Shown here: one piece after another, positions 53,815-63,087 of the stretch | Position numbering within the stretch: the stretch's first letter is position 1 | Layout: the number at the start of each line of letters is the position of its first letter | Origin: Chlamydiales bacterium | GTDB lineage: Bacteria; Chlamydiota; Chlamydiia; Chlamydiales; JAAZZY01 | NCBI GenBank assembly: GCA_965206695.1 | Contig: CBDBKM010000008.1 | Location: 96,001 to 160,000, forward strand | DNA length: 64,000 bases | Direction of reading: 5' to 3' | Translations under genes and position numbers: made by a program | The notes under the pieces: generated by a model | Databases searched by the model: none | Told to the model about the DNA's origin: nothing | The model's input: only the letters and a program-made list of their open reading frames with translations

Positions 53815-54048
53815 ATGAAAAAAAATATTCTAGCGAAACTCGCGTTATTAGGTGTCGCATCCGGACTTGCTTTAACAGGATGTAATCCTCAAACCACTCA
53901 CAGCAAACAAGAAGGAAAAGACGGTATGGATCAACGCGGGCAGAGCCGTTCGCAACAAGGCCAAGGCTCTTGTAGTGGCACTTCCGGCTGTGGTGCAAGT
54001 AAAAAAGGAAATAGTTGTAATGATAATAGCCCATGCAATGAACATTAA
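53815..54048 (+). CDS. Putative MNIO RiPP precursor with lipoprotein signal
   Basis: SD AGGAG; MKKNILAKLALLGVASGLALTG-C lipobox; core CSGTSGCG...CNDNSPC; upstream of DUF692. Confidence 0.75.
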   Translation: MKKNILAKLALLGVASGLALTGCNPQTTHSKQEGKDGMDQRGQSRSQQGQGSCSGTSGCGASKKGNSCNDNSPCNEH

Positions 54049-54106
54049 TAACCACTGTAACTAAAGCTAAATCATTGATAACAAAAAAGAGTTAAAAGAC
54101 TATTTT

Positions 54107-54296
54107 ATGAAAAAAAGGAAATTAGTAAAACTAGTATTGTTAGGCATGATATCGGGCCTTGTAGTTACGGGTTGTAGTTCTGATTCTTCGAAGCCCGATA
54201 AGAAAGCCGGTACGCCTTTATAGATATTCTTCGAATGGAGAAGAAGATTCTCAAAGCAAAGCCTGCTGCGGCTATAACCCTGCGAACAACCATTAA
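54107..54296 (+). pseudogene. Second precursor paralog, frameshifted
   Basis: MKKRKLVKLVLLGMISGLVVTG-CSSDSSKPDKKAGTPL* (stop 54221-54223); +1 frame continues RYSSNGEEDSQSKACCGYNPANNH*. Confidence 0.65.
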
Positions 54297-54389
54297 AAAG
54301 GTTCCTTAACATTTTATATTTTTTAATTTTGGCAATAAGAGTACAATACTCTCTTATTGCCTTTTTTTAATGTCAGGGTTTTATTCTCT

Positions 54390-55232
54390 ATGAAAAATAT
54401 CACCATTTCTAATCTTGGGATAGGAATTGGACTACGCCCCGATCATTATGAGGAAATTTTCGCCACTTGGCCGGAAATCGACTGGTTCGAAATCATCAGT
54501 GAAAACTTTATGGTAGAAGGCGGGGGTTCCATAGAAAACCTTGAACGTATTTTAGAAAAATATCCTGTAGTGCAACATGGTGTATCTCTAGCAATTGGCA
54601 GCCCGACACCTTTAGACTTTGATTATTTAAAACGATTAAAAGCATTAGCTGTAAAAACTAAAACTCCGTGGATATCCGATCATCTATGCTGGGGTCGATT
54701 ACCGGGAAGAAATTTTCATGACCTTTTACCTTTGCCTTATACAAAAAAAGTCATTGATTATGTTGTTGAACGAGCCCGAATTGTACAAGATTTTTTAGAA
54801 ATCCCTTTTGCTTTAGAAAATCTCTCTTCTTACCTCAGCTATTGTGAGGATGAAATGCATGAATGGGAGTTTTACACTGAAGTAGTAGAAAAAGCTGATA
54901 TTTTCATGATGCTAGATGTGAACAATATCTATGTCTCTTCTAAAAACCATGGATTTGACCCTGAAACCTACATCCAAGCAATCCCTTACGATCGTGTTCT
55001 GCAAGTTCATTTAGCCGGCCATAAAGATTATGGCAACTACATCATTGATACCCATGATAATTACGTATGTGATGAAGTATGGCAACTATATGCAAAAGTC
55101 TATCCTAAAACAAAAGGAGTCTCCACACTATTGGAATGGGATGATAATCTCATAAGCTTTGATGCGACATGGAAAGAAGCTCTAAAAGCAAAAAAATTTC
55201 AACAAAATATAGTAGAAGCTGATGTATTATGA
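54390..55232 (+). CDS. Multinuclear non-heme iron oxidative enzyme (MNIO, DUF692)
   Basis: GIGLRPDH, WFEIISEN, HGVSL, SDHLCW, HDLLPLP, ALEN, LDVNN, HLAGH, IDTH, LLEWD. Confidence 0.93.
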   Translation: MKNITISNLGIGIGLRPDHYEEIFATWPEIDWFEIISENFMVEGGGSIENLERILEKYPVVQHGVSLAIGSPTPLDFDYLKRLKALAVKTKTPWISDHLCWGRLPGRNFHDLLPLPYTKKVIDYVVERARIVQDFLEIPFALENLSSYLSYCEDEMHEWEFYTEVVEKADIFMMLDVNNIYVSSKNHGFDPETYIQAIPYDRVLQVHLAGHKDYGNYIIDTHDNYVCDEVWQLYAKVYPKTKGVSTLLEWDDNLISFDATWKEALKAKKFQQNIVEADVL

Positions 55233-56110
55233 AGGATAAAACTACCGTTCCTCAATCACTGATAGATCTTCAGAAATGGTTTGGTTCTATTATTTGTAAT
55301 CCCCTTCAAGATGACCGGACCATCTCTCCTTTAACTCCTAACGGTAATAGCATAAAAGAAGAAGCGGCTTTATATCTCAATCCAAGTCCGACTCTTAAAC
55401 CACATGAACGCATCCAAATATATAATCAACAATATTGGTGGCGCCTAATAGGTATTTTGCAAAGCGCCTTCCCCTGTCTTCTTCGAATTTTAGGCTACCG
55501 AATATTTAATAAAGCAATAGCTGAACCTTACCTCTTGGACCATCCTCCTACTCATTGGAATATTGATTTAATTAGCGCTAACCTGGCCGAATGGCTTATA
55601 TCTCATTATAAGAAAGAAAATGCTGAACTCATTCAGCAACTAGCTGCTCTTGATTGGGCTTTTTGCATCAGTTTTTTTATTAAAGAAAACCCTGCTATCG
55701 AAGAAAAAGACCTGTCTTTAGATGCTATAGAAAAATTTTTAACTCAAACACTTTATCTTCAACCCTATATCCATTTATTTGAATTTAATTCTGATCTTTT
55801 TTCTTTCAGAGAAAAATTATTACAAAAAGAAGTGCCCGATTGTAAAAAAATAATTTTATCCGGATCAGAGGCGAATCAAAAACATCGCTTTATCCTTTAT
55901 CGCAACCCGGATAATTTGATATATTATAAGGATTTAAATGAGATTGAATATTATATTTTATCACAATTAAAATCGGGCTCAAGCATAGGAGATGCTTGTG
56001 ATCATTTGCTTCAATTTGATGAGAATGCTTTTCAAATAATTAAAGATAATATTTCTACTTGGTTCCAAAATTGGACCCTTCAAGGATGGCTAACAAAATA
56101 TCCCAAATAA
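55229..56110 (+). CDS. DUF2063 / HvfC-BufC-like MNIO partner protein
   Basis: ATGA overlap with MNIO; RIQIYNQQYWWRL...FP...Y...HPP, LAALDWA motifs. Confidence 0.85.
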   Translation: MKDKTTVPQSLIDLQKWFGSIICNPLQDDRTISPLTPNGNSIKEEAALYLNPSPTLKPHERIQIYNQQYWWRLIGILQSAFPCLLRILGYRIFNKAIAEPYLLDHPPTHWNIDLISANLAEWLISHYKKENAELIQQLAALDWAFCISFFIKENPAIEEKDLSLDAIEKFLTQTLYLQPYIHLFEFNSDLFSFREKLLQKEVPDCKKIILSGSEANQKHRFILYRNPDNLIYYKDLNEIEYYILSQLKSGSSIGDACDHLLQFDENAFQIIKDNISTWFQNWTLQGWLTKYPK

Positions 56111-57354
56111 AAACTATCAATCCTCGTCAGATTGCTTTTTTATCTCTCTTGTCTTCAAAAAAAGAAGAGAAATATGCCCATGAATCTCTAAATAATTGGC
56201 AAAAAGACGTTCAACCCAATTATAACGATTTCTCTTTAGCTCAAGAATTAACGTATGGCACTTTAAGAAGAACGCTTTCTTTAGAATATATCGCGTCTCA
56301 TGCTGCTTCAAAAGGAAAACTGAAATTAAAAACCAAAGAAAGAATTCTACTACACTTAGCCATTTATCAACTTTTTTTTATGAATCGAATTCCCCATTAT
56401 GCTGTTGTCAATGAAATGGTGAAACTGGCAAAACAATATACCGGGAATATTTTTTCAAAATTTTTAAATGCTCTTCTTCGTAAGCTGATTATACACCCCA
56501 TCTCATTGCCACTTGGCAATACTATACAAGATCTAAGCTCTTTTTATTCTTATCCTACTGATCTGGTTCAAAATCTTATTCAGGATTATGATCTTAAAAA
56601 GGCTATAGATATTATGGGCTGTTTAAATAAACCGCCTATAACAATGCTTAGGATCCGAAAAGGGCTAGAGCCTTCATTTTCCGAATTAAATATCATAAAA
56701 ACCAATCTTTTTCAGATGGCTCACTTGCCCGGTATTGTAGCCATACCTCAATCTTTTAAGCCTTCGGAATATTACATTCAAAATATTACCCCCGTTCTTC
56801 TCATGGAAAAGCTTTTTCATGAGAAGAAAACTTTTTCAAGCGTCTTAGATATCTGCGCTGCTCCCGGAGGTAAGACCATTTTGCTACATGATATGTTTCA
56901 AGAGACTACTATATGCGCTAATGACTCTTCACCTCAACGCATCAAAATACTAGAAGAAAATCTTGGTAAATATGATATAAAAGCTTCTATCAGATGCTCT
57001 GAGGCCTCTTTATATCGCTCGACAAAACCTTTTGATCTTGTTCTACTGGATACCCCCTGCAGTAATAGTGGCGTTTTAAATAAACGACATGAAGCTCGTT
57101 TTCGGTTGAGCGAGAAAAAATTGGACGAGTTACACCATATTCAATTAAATTTAGCTAAACATGCTCTTAAGCTATTATCTACCGGAGGCGAATTATGGTA
57201 CCTAACTTGTAGTATTCTGAAAAAAGAAAATGAAGCTGTGATCCATTCGCTTCTAAAAAATCCGTCTTTGAAGATTTCTAAAGGTCCTTTTACTATCTTA
57301 CCAAATAAAGAAGGGCAGGATGGTGGTTTTGCTTGTGCCATTGTAAAACAATAG
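56086..57354 (+). CDS. rsmB: 16S rRNA m5C967 methyltransferase (Sun/Fmu)
   Basis: NusB-like N-terminus, DICAAPGGKT, DTPCSNSG, YLTCS. Confidence 0.9.
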   Translation: MANKISQIKTINPRQIAFLSLLSSKKEEKYAHESLNNWQKDVQPNYNDFSLAQELTYGTLRRTLSLEYIASHAASKGKLKLKTKERILLHLAIYQLFFMNRIPHYAVVNEMVKLAKQYTGNIFSKFLNALLRKLIIHPISLPLGNTIQDLSSFYSYPTDLVQNLIQDYDLKKAIDIMGCLNKPPITMLRIRKGLEPSFSELNIIKTNLFQMAHLPGIVAIPQSFKPSEYYIQNITPVLLMEKLFHEKKTFSSVLDICAAPGGKTILLHDMFQETTICANDSSPQRIKILEENLGKYDIKASIRCSEASLYRSTKPFDLVLLDTPCSNSGVLNKRHEARFRLSEKKLDELHHIQLNLAKHALKLLSTGGELWYLTCSILKKENEAVIHSLLKNPSLKISKGPFTILPNKEGQDGGFACAIVKQ

Positions 57355-57362
57355 GAAAGTAA

Positions 57363-58121
57363 ATGATTAGGAAAAAATTTCAGAATCTTGAGTGGTTAGA
57401 ATTTGAACAACTACAAGATATTCCACATTTAACACATGCTATTTTTTTACGACGAGGGGGTAATAGCCAAGGCCCCTTTGCCTCTTTCAACCTGGGTTTA
57501 GGTATTGGTGATGACAACAGGCTCGTACAACAACATTTCAAAGAGATAAAATCTTTATTTCAAATAAAAAAAATGCACTTCACCAGACAGGTTCATCAAG
57601 ATGAAATAACTGTCGTTACTACCAAATCACCTGAAGAATTACCCTCCTGCGATGCATTAATAACAAAACAGACTGACACAGCACTTCTTATGCGTATGGC
57701 TGATTGTCAAGTGGCTCTTTTTTATGATCCTATTAAAAAGGTTATCGCTAATGTCCATTGTGGTTGGAGAGGCAGCGTATCGAATATTTATCATAAAACC
57801 ATCCGGAGGTTAAAAAAAGAGTTCTTATGCAAAGAAGAAAACATACTTGTTTCAATCTCACCTTCTTTAGGACCTCACTCCAGTGAATTCATCCACTATA
57901 AAAAAGAATTACCCTCATCTTTTTTGAAGAAAGAAATAAAACCAAACCATTTTGATTTTTGGCAAATCAGCTATTCACAATTAATAGAAGCAAGCATTTT
58001 ACCTCACCATATTGAAATAGCCGGAATAAATACTTGTGGATCCGAGCAAGATTTTTTTTCTTTTAGAAGAGATAGAATTTGCGGAAGAAACGGGACGCTT
58101 ATTACTCTTAAAACGCCCTAA
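57363..58121 (+). CDS. pgeF: YfiH/PgeF family protein
   Basis: SFNLG, QVH, ADC, HCGWRG, FFSFRR. Confidence 0.9.
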   Translation: MIRKKFQNLEWLEFEQLQDIPHLTHAIFLRRGGNSQGPFASFNLGLGIGDDNRLVQQHFKEIKSLFQIKKMHFTRQVHQDEITVVTTKSPEELPSCDALITKQTDTALLMRMADCQVALFYDPIKKVIANVHCGWRGSVSNIYHKTIRRLKKEFLCKEENILVSISPSLGPHSSEFIHYKKELPSSFLKKEIKPNHFDFWQISYSQLIEASILPHHIEIAGINTCGSEQDFFSFRRDRICGRNGTLITLKTP

Positions 58122-58537
58122 TAGTATTGAGGATAGGCGTCACCAAAACGAACCTCATCAGAATCATCAATAAAATCACCTGTTTGAACTTCAATAATTT
58201 TAAGAGGTATTTTTCCCGGATTTTCTAATCTATACTTCATACACTTAGGAATATTAAGAAAATCATTTTCATTAAGATAGTGTTCCTTATCCCCTAGTAC
58301 AATCCGGGCCGTTCCTTTAATAACAACCCAATATTCATTTCGGTGATAATGAAGCTTCGTGCCTAATTTACCACCCGGAATGATTTCCAGCTCTCTTATT
58401 TTATAACAATTATAATTTACTAAAGTCGTATGTACTCCCCAGGGGTACTCTAAACGATTCGAAAGCTCAATATGATCTTTACGATTTACTTCTTTAGCAT
58501 ATTCTCTAATAGTTTTATTAGACTTATCAAGCGTCAT
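58118..58537 (-). CDS. Stand-alone type II phosphomannose isomerase cupin domain
   Basis: YPWG, LHYHRNEYWVVIKGTA, RLENPGKIPLKIIEVQTG. Confidence 0.85.
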   Translation of the reverse strand: MTLDKSNKTIREYAKEVNRKDHIELSNRLEYPWGVHTTLVNYNCYKIRELEIIPGGKLGTKLHYHRNEYWVVIKGTARIVLGDKEHYLNENDFLNIPKCMKYRLENPGKIPLKIIEVQTGDFIDDSDEVRFGDAYPQYY

Positions 58538-58705
58538 GATTCACCCTCAAAGATATAATTATTAAATTTACCAATGTAGTATACTACAACTCTCTTATAA
58601 AAAAAGTTTTTATTTATTTAAAAAATTACCTTTATAAAAAAATTTATTGATATATTCGCTCTTTATAGTTTAATATATTTCTTCAACCCACTCAAAAGAA
58701 CAAAT

Positions 58706-59626
58706 ATGAAAGGTATTGTATTAGCAGCCGGAAAAGGAACACGATTATACCCGATAACACTTGGCATCTCTAAACAGCTATTACCGGTATATAATAAACC
58801 CATGATTTATTATCCCCTTTCAGTCTTACTTCTAGGAGGGATTAAGGACATTTTGATTATATCTACTCCTAATAATCAACCACTTTTTAAACAATTGTTA
58901 GGAGATGGATCTGACCTTGGTATCACTCTCTCCTATGCTATACAGACACACCCGAGAGGACTAGCTGATGCCTTTCTGATAGCTAAAGACTTTATCGCGA
59001 ATCAAAATGTCTGCCTTATTTTAGGCGATAATATTTTCTATGGAAATGGGCTGGAACCCTTGTTAATAAAAGCTTCTCAAAAACAACGAGGAGCTACTTT
59101 TTTTGGCTATGAAGTTAAAGATCCTAGCCGCTATGGTGTTGTGGAATACAATTCAGATAATTACCTTATTTCCATAGAAGAAAAACCCGCCTACCCTAAA
59201 TCTAATATTGCTCTGACCGGTCTTTATTTTTATGATAATCAAGTCGTTTCCTTAGTTGCTAAATTAAATCCTTCCGTTCGAGGAGAATTAGAAATAACAG
59301 ATCTCAATAGACTGTATGTGGAAAAAGGCATCGCTGATGTTCATATAATGGGGAGAGGTTTGGCTTGGCTGGATACAGGTACTCATGATGCTTTAATGCA
59401 AGCCGGCCATTTTATTCAAGTCTACGAAGAAAGACAGGGTCTTTATATTGCATGCCTAGAAGAAATTGCCTATCGTCAAGGTTTTATTGACAAAGAGCAA
59501 CTTTATTCCATAGGTAAGAGACTATCTAAGAGCGAATATGGTAAATACATCATGAAATTAGCCACTACCGAATCCGCTTCAACACACACAAAGACCCTAA
59601 CTTCCAAACAATCTGTATTATATTGA
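58706..59626 (+). CDS. rfbA: Glucose-1-phosphate thymidylyltransferase
   Basis: GKGTRLYPIT..SKQLLPVYNKPMIYYP, LGDNIFYG, RGELEIT, WLDTGT. Confidence 0.95.
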   Translation: MKGIVLAAGKGTRLYPITLGISKQLLPVYNKPMIYYPLSVLLLGGIKDILIISTPNNQPLFKQLLGDGSDLGITLSYAIQTHPRGLADAFLIAKDFIANQNVCLILGDNIFYGNGLEPLLIKASQKQRGATFFGYEVKDPSRYGVVEYNSDNYLISIEEKPAYPKSNIALTGLYFYDNQVVSLVAKLNPSVRGELEITDLNRLYVEKGIADVHIMGRGLAWLDTGTHDALMQAGHFIQVYEERQGLYIACLEEIAYRQGFIDKEQLYSIGKRLSKSEYGKYIMKLATTESASTHTKTLTSKQSVLY

Positions 59627-60490
59627 CCCTTGACGCGCCTTATCTATACAATAATGCTCTAGAGCTTCTTCCCAGCCGGGAATATGCCCGATCACTTTAG
59701 ATAATTTATTATTATCCAAGGCACTAAAACAAGGTCTTTTAGCTCTAGCTTTAACCGTTTTTTGTGAAATTGCTTTTACTGAAGCAGGGATTTGATTTAA
59801 CTGCAGAATTTTTTTAGCAAAAGTATACCAAGAAACAGCCCCGGTATTCACGGCATGATATATTCCGGATTTAGGCAGCTTTTTTAATAAGATCGTAATC
59901 ATATAAGCGACATCTTTAGTTGAAGTTGGCGACATGATCACATCATCTACCGCTTTTACTTGCCCCTTTTCGGTGCCCAGACGTTTTATTGTCTCAATAA
60001 AGTTTCCGCCTTTTCCACTCGATCCGGCAAGACCAAAAAGAGAGGCAACGCGTAAAACATACGTATTAGAGCAAGCTGAAAGAGCCAGATCCTCTCCAAG
60101 GGCTTTTGAAACACCATATACATTAATCGGAGAGACCAAGTCCATTTCGTTATAAGGATGGGTATGATTACCTTCAAAAACATAATCGGTGCTAATATGA
60201 ATGAACCGAGCCCCTTTTTCCTCACATATTCCGGCCATCTTTTCTACTGCACGAGCATTGATAAGATACGCTTTTAAAGGATGGTCTTCAACCTCATCTG
60301 TCTTGTGATAGCCGGTGCAATTCATTAAGACATCAAAATCCATATTGCCTAATACACGGTCTATTTCATCAAGAGCAGAAATATCGCATTCACCTCTTCG
60401 AAGTGGTATCATTTCATTGCCATTTATAAGTTGTGAGGTAAGAAGATCTGAGCCTAATTGGCCATTAGAGCCTAAGATAACAATTTTCAT
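59618..60490 (-). CDS. rfbD: dTDP-4-dehydrorhamnose reductase
   Basis: GSNGQLG, HISTDYVF, YGVSK, AKRP. Confidence 0.93.
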   Translation of the reverse strand: MKIVILGSNGQLGSDLLTSQLINGNEMIPLRRGECDISALDEIDRVLGNMDFDVLMNCTGYHKTDEVEDHPLKAYLINARAVEKMAGICEEKGARFIHISTDYVFEGNHTHPYNEMDLVSPINVYGVSKALGEDLALSACSNTYVLRVASLFGLAGSSGKGGNFIETIKRLGTEKGQVKAVDDVIMSPTSTKDVAYMITILLKKLPKSGIYHAVNTGAVSWYTFAKKILQLNQIPASVKAISQKTVKARAKRPCFSALDNNKLSKVIGHIPGWEEALEHYCIDKARQGSI

Positions 60491-61509
60491 ATTTCAACTA
60501 CTCCGCCATACATCTCAACATCCTTAATAATACGATGCCATTTAGCTAATTCTTTATACCAATCCAAAGTAATTGTTCGAGTATTTTTAGCTATTTTTTC
60601 TGTTTGGAGCGCATCAACAATTTCTAAAGTTCCCTCGATAGCAGTAAATAAAGCCCGATAGCCTAAAGAGTAAATTTTATCAAAAGATACGCGATAAGAA
60701 CGTTTATCCGGATCTCCATACCACTCAATTTCAATATCATTAGGCAAGATACCGGCAATCATTTCACCAAGAGGCCCTATTTGATAATTATTGTTTTCCG
60801 ATCCCGTATTAAAAATCCGACCATTAATTTTTTCAGCTTCGATCTCAAGCATAAATAATAAAGCCCTAGCGGCATCTTGTACATGTATCATCGGTCGCCA
60901 TTGCTTACCATCACGCATTAATGGCAAACGACCGTCTTTCCAAGCACCATAAGTCATACCATTAATAGCTAAATCAAAACGCATTCTTTTGGAATAACCA
61001 TATACTGTCGCTTGTCTTAAGACACAAACACAAAAATCTTTATCTTTTAAAGGCAATATTTCTTGTTCTGCTTTATAATTAGCTTTGGAATAAGTCGTCA
61101 AAGGATTAACAGGTGATGTCTCATTTACAATCACATCTTCTTTTTGATAACCGTATACACTACAAGATGAAGGTAAAATATAGCGCTTTACTCCCATTTT
61201 TTTAGCAAGAATAGCTGTATTGACACGCGATTTAAAATTGATTTCATTCGTTGCATTTTGAAATAACTCACCACTTGAATCATTAGAAAGTGCTACTAGA
61301 TCAATAACATAATCTATTCCTTCAAAATGTTTTTCTCCTAATTTTCTAACATCTTCACGAATACAAACAAGTCCATCTTTTGGAGGCAAAAGGTCCATCC
61401 CGAAAAAAAATCTATCTAATGCCATAACATTAAAATTATCTTTTAATAACAAAGGAATTAAAGTGGTACCTATATACCCTCCGGCACCTGTTACAAGTAC
61501 AGTACTCAT
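60487..61509 (-). CDS. NAD-dependent sugar epimerase/dehydratase (extended SDR)
   Basis: GAGGYIG, SSCSVYG, YSKAN, RQATVYG..RMRFDL. Confidence 0.88.
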   Translation of the reverse strand: MSTVLVTGAGGYIGTTLIPLLLKDNFNVMALDRFFFGMDLLPPKDGLVCIREDVRKLGEKHFEGIDYVIDLVALSNDSSGELFQNATNEINFKSRVNTAILAKKMGVKRYILPSSCSVYGYQKEDVIVNETSPVNPLTTYSKANYKAEQEILPLKDKDFCVCVLRQATVYGYSKRMRFDLAINGMTYGAWKDGRLPLMRDGKQWRPMIHVQDAARALLFMLEIEAEKINGRIFNTGSENNNYQIGPLGEMIAGILPNDIEIEWYGDPDKRSYRVSFDKIYSLGYRALFTAIEGTLEIVDALQTEKIAKNTRTITLDWYKELAKWHRIIKDVEMYGGVVEI

Positions 61510-61533
61510 TAACTATCCTTATAGTTGATTCAA

Positions 61534-62104
61534 TCAAAATATTTGTTGCATCTCATGTAATCGCGGCTGCAACTTATCTTTATCTGATAAAATGGCTTGA
61601 TCTTCCATAATCGGCCATTCAATACCAAGTTGAGGATCGTTCCATAAAATCCCCTTATCATGAGATGGAACATAATAATTTGTTACTTTATATAACACTT
61701 CAGTATTAGGTTCCAAGGTACAAAAACCATGAGCGAATCCTATTGGAATAAGAACTTGATAACCATCTTCAGCATTCAGCTGAATGGATACATGCTTTCC
61801 AAAGCCGGGAGAGTCCAAACGAATATCTACTGCAACATCAAAAATAGAACCTTTTAACACACGAATCAATTTAACTAATTCAAAAGGTTTGGTTTGAAAA
61901 TGCAAACCTCTAACGGTTGATTTAGGAATGGAAAGAGATTGATTGTCCTGAATAAAATCATAATCAATACCACATTCTCTAAGAGATTCTTTATTGTAAC
62001 TTTCAACAAAATAGCCTCGATGGTCGGGAAAAAAAACGTGGTTTGATCAGTTTAACATCCGGAATTTTTAAATCCATTACTTCTATTTTATTAACAACTA
62101 ACAT
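61534..62104 (-). pseudogene. rfbC: dTDP-4-dehydrorhamnose 3,5-epimerase, frameshifted at a T8 run
   Basis: MLVV...IPDVKLIKPR, then shifted frame PDHRGYFVESY...QDNQSLS...RGLHFQ...GFAHGF; A8 at 62029-62036. Confidence 0.88.
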
Positions 62105-62206
62105 TTCTACCCTATTTAAGCTTTGATTACTTGTACATTCGTGATCCCGGGCATACATTTCGGCTAACAACAACCGTAATCAAAATCTAATACCAATTCC
62201 ATAAAA

Positions 62207-62358
62207 AAGACCTCTGCATAACTGACTTGATAATATTTTTTAAAACCCACTGATTGTCTAAATTTATTTTTCATTTATTTTGATAAGTTTTATAATAAGC
62301 AGTTTTTTTATTATAGGCGCAAAGCATCGCTGCCGGAAATCAGTTATGCAGAGGTCTT
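62207..62358. mobile_element. 152-bp MITE with perfect 19-bp TIRs
   Basis: AAGACCTCTGCATAACTGA ... TCAGTTATGCAGAGGTCTT. Confidence 0.85.
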
Positions 62359-62401
62359 AATTAGGAAGTATATCCATAATCAAAAAACTTTACTTTTTGC
62401 C

Positions 62402-63019
62402 TTAAGGAGTAGAGGGAAGAGGTTTTTTATAAGAAATTTTAATTTCTTGAGAAATGGGATAAGAGATTTTAAACTTTTGATTCGTCTGTTTTTCAATAAC
62501 ATAATCAACGATAGCCAACAACCAAACTTGATGAACCATTTCAACAATGTTATATGATTGACTATCCACAAAAAGATTAATATCCCCAAGGTTTTTTAAA
62601 GGATTATCCATTTTAAAACCGGTCAACGTCACCACCTTTAATCCTTTTTCTTTCGAAGAAATAGCTGCATTTACCATATTTTGTGATTTCCCGCTGCTAC
62701 TTATCAAGATGGCCAAGTCATCTTTTTCCCCATATCGATCAATAGCTTCCGATAACCACTTATCATATCCAAAATCATTAGCAAAACAGGTGATCAAACT
62801 AGCTTCATTAAAACACCTGGCTTTAACCTTGGCATTTTTTAAAAGATCCACCGCTACATGACTTGCAATCGCTGCGCTTCCCCCATTTCCGGCAATATAA
62901 ATACCATTCTCTTTCTTTTGAGAGGTTTGAATTAACTCACAAACGGATACTAAATCTTTTTCTAAAATGTGTATTAATTTTTCAGATAGATCCTTAAAAA
63001 AACCATCAAAAAAACTCAT
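62402..63019 (-). CDS. gmhA: SIS-domain phosphoheptose isomerase-like protein
   Basis: GNGGSAAIASH, CFANDFGY, ISSSGKSQN, VEMVH. Confidence 0.8.
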   Translation of the reverse strand: MSFFDGFFKDLSEKLIHILEKDLVSVCELIQTSQKKENGIYIAGNGGSAAIASHVAVDLLKNAKVKARCFNEASLITCFANDFGYDKWLSEAIDRYGEKDDLAILISSSGKSQNMVNAAISSKEKGLKVVTLTGFKMDNPLKNLGDINLFVDSQSYNIVEMVHQVWLLAIVDYVIEKQTNQKFKISYPISQEIKISYKKPLPSTP

Positions 63020-63087
63020 ATGTACTTACCGCCTAATTTCTTCTTCGCTATTACCTTCTATCTTAAGATCACAAGTTGACAGCTCCC

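Noticed and set aside
62409..62417. Target of the 19-kb omega-RNA guide (AGTAGAGGG match)
   Set aside because: Only ~9 nt match, which is expected by chance
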